NCBI GenBank assembly: GCA_965637545.1
Contig: OZ281497.1
Location: forward strand, 5,022,001 to 5,086,000
Origin: Phallusia mammillata
Taxonomy: Eukaryota
Direction of reading: 5' to 3'
DNA length: 64,000 nucleotides
Position numbers and translations under genes: made by a program. Of the stretch, positions 55,467 through 64,000 are shown in pieces. The notes below the pieces were generated by a model that saw only the letters and a list, made by a program, of their open reading frames with translations, had not been told where the DNA came from and made no database searches. The first letter of the stretch is position 1. Each line of letters starts with the position of its first letter.

Positions 55467-58400
55467 CTAGCAACACTGCGTGATTGCTTGTCTAATATCC
55501 TCATCTAGAATGCAGTACAGCAAGAAGACGACTATTCCCTGCGATCCGTTTACTACTGTGTGGATGTACATCAACACTTCGTTGGAAATTTCGTTTCCGA
55601 TTCCTGTAAAAATAATCATTTTTAAGCTTTTTGTTCACCTTGATGTAAACCCACACTGAGTTGAGTTTATTTCGCCGGGTACAACAAATCGTAGCAGCAC
55701 AATTACGCTAAAATATTCACCAGGCCGGAAATAGCTGCGCAACGTTGAGGCGTTACAAAGCGCGACAACGTTCGGCGCTCAATTGGTGGATGGATGGGAA
55801 ACGCGCTGCAGCTACACCGTTAAACTGCGTCCCTACAGTTTGCATGTAGCCAACATGTAATACATATACCTAATGCGTCAATACAGTAAAATGTCGCGCT
55901 ACAGCAAGTAAGTGCCTAATTAACTTTTGGTCACAATTTTTTGTTTCCGATTTCGGTTTGACAGATCGTTAGATGAAAGAAAGCCGCCAAAGACATAAAA
56001 TGGAATATTCTCATAGAAACACACCTCAAAGTTTTTTTCAATATTGTCAGCTCCAATTTATTGGTAGAGCTACTAACCTAAGAACTCACAACAGACAAAG
56101 TTTCCTAAATACCGATAGATGGCGCATATAGCACAGTAATTAACATTGAGTCTATGATGGTGTTTGAAAAAAACTCGTTTTTTAGCAAAATTGTCAGGTG
56201 TAAGTTTTTATGTTAGTAGATTTGTCAAATTTCATACCTATAAAGAAACCAAATGCCCACGTTCCTCCAAGCATGTAAAATAGAACAAAAAATGATTTTG
56301 CTGCTTTCAACGCGTCTTCTTCATCGGGAGCCTCTCCTCTGTTCCGCATCTTTCTGGAGTGGTACATGACACGAGTCGTCTTCAAAACGATGAAGAAATT
56401 GACAAGTAGGGCTAGGCTGAGTGGTGCTATGTTGGAGGCGTACAAAATAGGAGTGCCCGGTGCCATCCAGCACCTGTCATACTTAGAAATAAGAGATGTT
56501 TGGTTTAGAACAGTTTGACACTGCTCGTATAATGGCTGAACTTTCATGTACAAGCCCTGAGAAAAGCCCACACCCGCAGCCATGCCCACTATCAGAAGCG
56601 GAAGGACCCAGCCAATCAAAACGAAGATCTTGTAACGATTGCCGGCGTCCTGGGTTTGAAAGAAATATGGAAAGGAAGTTGCCATTAGCAGACGGGTGCC
56701 TTCCACAAGAAACCACATTCCTAAAATGTAAGCTGATTTATGCCAAAGGTTTATACAAAATATATGGTTATAGGCAGGGTTGCCATACCGTCTCTATTTC
56801 TAAGATATGTCCTTATTTTTCAGAGCAATGTCTTAGAAAAACTTGTCCTGATTTCTAAGAAATGTCCTTGTTTTTGACTCGAGTCCTTAGTTTGTCTTAT
56901 TTTCAACATTTACAAGTCAAATCCCTGCTACAAGTAAAAGTAAACCAAGACCTGAGCTGTCATGAGATGTATATAAAGCATTTTCTCCAAACAAGGAGTA
57001 GCTGGAAGTTAAAACAGATAGTTTTTGGCAAAAAATCGTCGAAAACTGCTGGAAGGACGGCAAAACGTCGAAAACTGCTGGAAGAGCAATACTCGTTTAT
57101 ATATAATTATGATGTTATAGAAACAATTCATGAACCTGTAGACAGCAATAGGTAGTGGTTGATCACGGCAAGCATCATGCATGAAATCTCGTCAATAACT
57201 GCAAGATCATGTGCTACGTTGAACGTGTGAAGAAGGAGAAGTGCCACTGACAGATTGATTTGAACTTTAACCCGATCACGGTCTCCTCCAGCCCAGCGAA
57301 GGATTACTATGGTAACCACCAATGTCAGAATAGATACGATTTCCGTCGCATACGCAGTGATCTAAAATAAAAAAGTGGGTAAGGAAAAGAGCAAATTTTT
57401 TCATAAGACACTTCCCAAGTACCGTTACTGTGTCATTCGATAAAGATTTATGTTTTGTATACGTAGCTTAAATCGAGTACGAAATTGAGTGTCTTGTGAA
57501 CCCTGGCCTGCATGAACGCTTGAGGCCTGATCCCAGTTATGAAGTTAAGATTACTGGTCAACCTGGCGATCCTCTACTACGAAACTGACATGTGCAGCAT
57601 ACGAGACAAGCAACAGTGCTTGTGATTCAACGTTTGACGTATTCACCACTGAGCCTGTGTAGCTCAGTTTATAGAGCACAAGCACAAGGATGGCTCCTGT
57701 CGTGGGTTCGAATCCCAACGCAGGATAAACTTTTTCATCCCACGCCTTGTCATACGGGAATGCTTGCTGCCCGCTGATTTGGTAAAAAGCATTCAAAAGG
57801 CCTGATTATGAGTACAAAATCCGATCGAGTTTTGAATGCCTTACATCTATGGTGTTTGTACGTAAAAAGTTTGATACTAAAGAAAAATAAGTTAATTGAG
57901 TGTTCGAAACAGACAAAATCTTCACAATCAGAGGTTTACCTTTACACCCATGGGTAGAATTACAGTGGTCGCCGCAAGAAGAACGGTGAAAATGGTGAGA
58001 TGGTTGCATTTGCAGGAAATTTTGCCTTTTGCATCAACAGCGCTGGTGCATCCTTCGTTAGAATACTTCAGTGTATTTCTATCGAAGAAAACGCAGACTG
58101 GATCTAGTTTGCCTGAGCTTAACGAGCCCTTTGCGTTCTTGTTTGCCTTTTCAATGACCATACAGCCTGGTCCCAGGGACATAGGTGGGACTTCGAAGCT
58201 GATGGTGCCTGAAAGTCTTTTAGCTCCACCCCATGCGTTGCCAGAAGAGGACTTGAAGCTATCAGCATTCCAGCCATCAATTACAAGAAAAGTTGTATCT
58301 TCCGTAGCTATGTATTTTTTCATCATCAGTGAGCTTGGTTCAACTGGTTCATCTTGGGCTTGTTCTGTTACATTGAGACTGAACGCGTACGCTGATGCCA

Positions 58401-59114
58401 CAAGGCGGTTAGCGCCATTTGGTTGCAAGGTTAGGTTAACATTGGTTGGTCCTAGTTGGATTGATGTGTTGTAATGATCAAGAGATACTTGTGTGACTTC
58501 AATGAAGAGATGACCGCTTCTGGAGTCTTGAATGACTTGGTTCTCATCCGAAACCACACGAGAGACGTTCATAAGGAGGTTTTCGAGTTGCAGCAAACCC
58601 TTCGGGTCAGAAGGCTTAAGGGTTTCTTGCAGCTTTTGGAGCACCCGTAATTGAACTGTTCAAATTACAAAAGCGAAATCAATGTTTTCGTATATAAATG
58701 TCTAACTCACTGTTTAAAATACAAAGACAAAATCAGTATTTTCTCATAATTGTCTAATCCAGGGTGTCAAATCGGTATAGTACCCTGGCCTTGAATTTTC
58801 TTTTGACAAAAATCAAAATGAAATTAAGCTATGAAGTTGCGTTGTTATACATCATACCACGGGTAATTTGCAAAACTTTATCGCTCAAGGATAGGCCAAA
58901 TAGATCAGGGCTTGAAAACCGTTAACATTAATTTCTAGTTGACACTCGATTTTTTAGCATTTAAATTGTGTATAAATGTTAAACTGTTATTTCCACAATC
59001 TTAAACCTAAATGAGCCAGCTAATAAATACGTACCGTCTAACACCAGATGGCATGGTTGGGTTTGAGGGATTCCGATGAACATGGTTGCCAAGATCAAGA
59101 TAAATCTCCCGCTT
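55467..59114 (-). CDS. Adhesion GPCR, copy 2 (near-identical paralogue)
   Basis: Same exon structure and GPS (CKCNHLTIFTVLL); ends ILDEDIRQAITQCC*. Confidence 0.9.
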
Positions 59115-62100
59115 CTGAAGGCACGGAAAAAGTATGACTCCATCTCGGCTTAGTTAAATCAGCAAAACGTCAGACCAAAATAAACTTACAGCTATTGCTG
59201 CCAGGCATAATATCAAGTAGTAAAAACACTTGCCAGAACAATTCGAAAGGGTTTATACACTGGGTTTTAAATTGTATTGATGTAGAGAACAGTAATCACC
59301 GTAAAACTGCTACTGTAGGTGGAGTTTAGTTCAACCAAACTTTATTTGTTAACACTTGCCAGAAGAGCTGTATAAACTTGTTACGTTTCTTTTTTTTTGG
59401 ACAAAACTTTATAAACAACTAAAGTTACTGGACTGCCTTTAGATATAAAAGATCTACATAAACGGCCTTATCAAATCTTGTTTGTAAACAAATATCTATT
59501 CTGAACGTGTCTCTGGCTTTGTAGCGTATTATAAATCACATTCTGTACTCGTCTGTGTCTTTGAATTACCCAGAACAACGTTGCGACAATGTGTTTTTAA
59601 ACGTCAACAAAATACCGTGGATCAACATTATGACATTGCTTAATCTTATACCATTATGTAACAAGCATACCCTGCAAATGCCAGCCTTTGGAAACAGCCT
59701 AATCAGAATTTGTAAGTACGTTCGGGGAATAGTTAATATATTATTGTTTAAGTTACGAAATATGCACTTTGTATTTAATTAAGTTACTTGCCAAAAAAAA
59801 TCCGATTTCTTACTTAGAAATGCAGAAAAGTTATTTTGCGAAGTGTTTTTTTTAAATACTTATATTTTTTTGGCCTATTTGTACAGAAATACTGAAAAAA
59901 GCTAACTTTTTTTCACCGGTTACACTATATTTATTGTTTTATTTGCTATTTTTAGCCTTATTCAAAGACGGCAAGTGTCCTGTTGAGGGTAAAAAGCGTT
60001 ACAAGTTTTGGATGGTTTGTGTCTTTCCTTATTGGCTTACAGATCTTACACTGCCAATCAAATAATTTTAACATTTAATTTGGCATGTCATATGGTCTAT
60101 GACGGACTTGACAGATGTTGTGTAATGTGGACATCGTTCTGTGTAAAATGTTGACATGAAAAGGGCCGTCTTGTCTGTCACACGTCTGATATTATAGAAT
60201 GTAACACAAACAGAATCTGATATTAAATAATATTACGCTTGCAATTCTGAAAACAAATCTGCCTCTGGTTCTTTTGGCATTTAAGAGACTTCTTTTAACC
60301 TTGGACGGAAACGTTTTTACAAATTATGGTTGTGAACGTTATGATAAAAGCAAAGTTGTATGTCACGCCAGCTTTTTCGGGTCATGTTCGGGCCGGGTTA
60401 GGGTTCGGTTTTTTTAACAAATGGGCTTGATTTGGGCCTGACTTTACATTCTGTGGCAGTAAAAATTAATATATAAACTGGATATGACCTAAATACCAAA
60501 CAAAACGTCCTGTTTAGGTTATTGTCTATTATCTTCATTTGTGTATGCTCTTCTTTATTATAGGCCTGTCAATCAAAATTTCGGGCCTAAACAGGCTTCA
60601 TAAAAACGATTCGGGTTCGGGCTTATACTTTTGGTTTGGGGCCCGTTTACCAATCTGGACAGAAGTTACCGGCGGCGTCGACAATACATTATTTCGACTG
60701 AGCGTACATGTTTGTGTGTCATTGAGTCTTATTGCCGCTAGTTGGGGCAGCTTATCCCAGTAAAACACATTTACCCCGAGTTGCAATAACACGTTAGCAG
60801 TTAGCGATTTTATATGGACGATTTGCACAGTTTGAGAACTACTGGTACAAAGACTGGAAGCATTCGTGGCTCGTGTCCATGCGTCGTACTTGGACGTTTG
60901 CTGTATTTTGTGTCATAAACTTTGCATATACGCCATATTTGTTCTAAGTCAGACCAAGGCTACTGTTTATAGAGTGTTGTTCTTTTATTTTAGTGAGTCA
61001 GATCGCGCATTTGCCTATTTTAACTTTAACATTGCGTAATGAGAGTTGATCTTACGTTTTATGACATAAATATGCAAACAGTGATCACGCCCTTAAGTGG
61101 CATTAACACGCATTAAACCTTTCGCGTCATGTCAGTTTAGTCTTGTTTATTAGTTTTCGAAATCCCCCATTTGTTTAGCGAGGGTTGATACTGTGGGCAT
61201 ATCGGTCAGCTTTTTATTGCTGCTATATTTGTTTTACTTTTTTACCCCATAGTTTGTATCGAGTTGACAAGGATAGTCGTCCACGGACAAACTAAAACTG
61301 CCCTGAGTAAATCACTGTCGGATACAGTTAACGAAGAATCGCGAGAAACGGTGACCGGCATATAGCGCTCCGCAGTCTTACATCAACAGTCTTACATCTC
61401 TCATTGGTGCATGTGAACAAGCTAGGTTTTGTCTTAGGCCGTATTGTGTGTTCTTTATTTTAGCGGCTCATCAGACACTTGCGGTAATCGTAACTTTATT
61501 TGAAAGTTTGCCGACTTCGGAGATTTTGCCTTCTCTTTGTACCATCACAATTTGGCCAATCAAAATCGCGTTAAAGTTCACCAGTTTGTATAAATCAACC
61601 AATTTATGAGTTCCCTATATCCACTGTATTGTTTTGGACTTATAATCAGGCTTGCCATCGACTTGAAACCAAAAATAAGGACAACCTAAAAATTAAATTT
61701 TTATGCGAAACGAAACAAACGTTTTTGAACAAATCTTTGCATTTATACGAGCCATGACATAATATTTGCAATATTTTGGCCAGAAACAATCTGTTCCAGC
61801 AACTTGTTGTTCATAGAAAATACTAAGTGCATCTCACAACAGGCCGGGTCTAGGTTCACTTCTACTTGTAGCAGGGATTTGACTATTGTAATTGTTGAAA
61901 ATAAGGCAAAATAAGGACTACTGTCAAAAATAAGGACATTTCTTAGAAATAAGGACAATGAACTTTTGTAAGTCATAGCCCTTCAAAATAAGGACAAATC
62001 TTAGAAATAAGGATGGTATGGCAACCCTGCTTATAATGGTGTCCCCTCATGGCAATAGAGGTCCATACGGGTTGGTATTTCGATGGTCAAAACTAAGCAA

Positions 62101-62743
62101 CCAAATAATCTTTGCAAGTTTCCATGGAACTATGGCAATTACAATAAAGACGTCCTCAACCTGGTGTGAAAAGAAGCCTCATTCGAAAGCCTGAAAAATT
62201 TTCATCCTTAATGGCTGATTAGTTATTATCAGCTAAAGCAAGATAACTAGCATCAAAGGATTGCTGTGCATATGATTGTTAACTCTATAGCTTTTTTGTT
62301 ATAAGTGTAATCCTGACAAAGTTGAAAACACATTGTGGCAGATGTTTTAATTGCTAGTAAGTTTTTAACACACCAACAAAACTACATACAAGCAAAACAC
62401 ACACAGTTACTACACATTTTAATTGCAAGTCTTCACAAAATTAACAAACAAACACGAAAAAGAATAGTGAAACATAACTACCAATTTAGCAAGTTATATC
62501 ATTGTTTTTCCACAATGCTAACAATTTAATCTTTAATTCAGCTCTAGCCTGTAAACAGTTTTTTGTATGTTTTAAAATTTTTCAGTACACTTTTATTTTT
62601 AGGCCTCAAACCTTGTTTAGGGCTGTATCACCCTGATGGCTTTTGACAAACCATACAAATTTTTAGGCATTAAACTGAAAAATAATACCAAACACAGTTA
62701 ATAAAACAATAACAGGGGTTGCTTAACCCAAGTTGATTTTTTC

Positions 62744-63721
62744 TCAAATAAAAAATTCATCTTCATGGCTTCGCATATGATATTTTTTTTGTTCTGGATA
62801 GCGAAATGCCCTTTTACAAATCTCACATTTATACTTTTTTATGTTAGTATGAATGACTCTGTGTTTTAAAACATAGTCTCGTTTTGCAAATTTTTTACCA
62901 CAAACATCACAATCGTATTTTTTAGTTTCCAAGTGAAGATACATGTGACCCATTAAATATCTGCGCTTCTTGAAAGTTTTTCCACAGATGTCACATTTAG
63001 ATGGTTCTAAGTGAAGAATCTTTGCAGGTTTGTTTGTCTTTTGTTGTGTTGGCACTTTATTCATGTCTTCCGCTTTTTCAGTCCTTTTGTAATGATTCAA
63101 CATATGTCTCTTCATGTTCCCGGAGAGTGAAAAACGCTTTTCACAAATACTGCATTTAAATTTTTTTATTTTGTTATGGGTATACATGTGGTCACGTTTG
63201 TTTGAAAGTTGTGAAAATCTTTTATTGCAGATTTCACACTCATGTGGCTTTTCTCCAGTGTGAAGTAGCAAATGTTTACGCAATCCACTATTATGTGCAA
63301 ATAACTTTTCACAATGTTTGCACTTGTAGCGTTTTATTCCACTGTGTGTTAGCATATGGCGCTTTCTGGATGGTGGAGTTTTAAAAGACTTTTCACAAAA
63401 TTCACACTTGTATGGACGTTCATCAGTGTGTACAAAGGAGTGTAATGTCAGTTGTGCTCTTCGTTTGAAGACCTTATCACAGATTTCACATTTGTGAGAT
63501 GTTTTTCTACCATGGACTACTAGAGAGTGTTGGATAACTCCTTTCTTTTTTGCAAATGATCTATCACAAATCTCACATTTAAACATATTTTTTTCAGTTG
63601 AATCGATTGCATGTAAGTCTTTTGTCAGAAAATATTTAGTTGTATTGTCTATATTTAGCCTTTTAAGAATCACTCGAGGTTCCGGATAAGCTGCCATGGC
63701 TACCATTGTATTGCACAGCAA
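62744..63721 (-). CDS. C2H2 zinc-finger protein, 9 fingers in a 6+3 arrangement, single exon visible
   Basis: Nine CxxC-x12-Hxxx(x)H units with TDERPY/SGIKRY/TGEKPH linkers. True start uncertain (ORF opens at TTG; ATGs follow). Confidence 0.9.
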   Translation of the reverse strand: MLCNTMVAMAAYPEPRVILKRLNIDNTTKYFLTKDLHAIDSTEKNMFKCEICDRSFAKKKGVIQHSLVVHGRKTSHKCEICDKVFKRRAQLTLHSFVHTDERPYKCEFCEKSFKTPPSRKRHMLTHSGIKRYKCKHCEKLFAHNSGLRKHLLLHTGEKPHECEICNKRFSQLSNKRDHMYTHNKIKKFKCSICEKRFSLSGNMKRHMLNHYKRTEKAEDMNKVPTQQKTNKPAKILHLEPSKCDICGKTFKKRRYLMGHMYLHLETKKYDCDVCGKKFAKRDYVLKHRVIHTNIKKYKCEICKRAFRYPEQKKYHMRSHEDEFFI

Positions 63722-64000
63722 TTACACAAATGGTCTGTTTTGAAACACTCTTTAGCTGCAACACATAGACTGAAAATGTTTGATTTGTAAAGACTAATAT
63801 ACTCTGCACAAAATTCACTAAATATATCCATTTCTGATTGGTTGTTAAACAACATTCAAGTTAATAGTAATAGCACTACAGTACTATGAAAAATGACATT
63901 TACAAGTGTTGCGAATAATATCACTTAATTAATTCTTGTACAGTTTTGTCACTGCTTTTGTTTGTTTCTTTATTACTATATCTTGTTCGTTTCTTATTTG

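Larger units (their letters stand above)
46640..61040. repeat. Tandem segmental duplication 2: ~46640-53400 versus 53886-61040
   Basis: Collinear CUB 3' end, GPCR and upstream flank (including the shared block GGGCTTATACTTTTG...GACAATAC). Confidence 0.9.

Noticed and set aside
49445-58474. Plus-strand ORFs of 83-192 aa conserved in both GPCR copies
   Set aside because: They are antisense shadows of GPCR exons; conservation is explained by the duplication.
59940-60260. Possible transposase remnant
   Set aside because: All frames are interrupted and no motif could be assigned with confidence.
61420-61475. Reverse-strand CTGATGA-GCCG...CGGC resembling a hammerhead
   Set aside because: GAAA and the helix III/cleavage triplet are missing after stem II.

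Overview
AT-rich, intron-dense eukaryotic DNA with small GT-AG introns and many MITEs. It is probably a compact invertebrate-chordate (ascidian-like) genome, which is inference only. The left half holds ordinary multi-exon genes on +: DYNC2I1/WDR60 (starts before the window, ends 13407), two tandem cytochrome b561 paralogues and an M14A carboxypeptidase. The right half is a nested tandem-duplication array: [trypsin pseudogene(-) / 5xCUB gene(+)] - [CUB-LDLa-trypsin(-) / 5xCUB pseudogene(+)] - [adhesion GPCR(-)] - [3' CUB pseudogene(+)] - [adhesion GPCR(-)], followed by a 9-finger C2H2 gene(-). The most striking unannotated signal is about 10 hammerhead-ribozyme motifs (CTGATGA-stemII-GAAA...GTH) from about 4 sequence families, all intronic and mostly inside inverted-repeat elements. 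A textbook-complete copy lies sense-strand in the dead trypsin copy, while its counterpart in the intact trypsin copy is inactivated. All exon models and RNA folds were worked out by eye; no searches were run.
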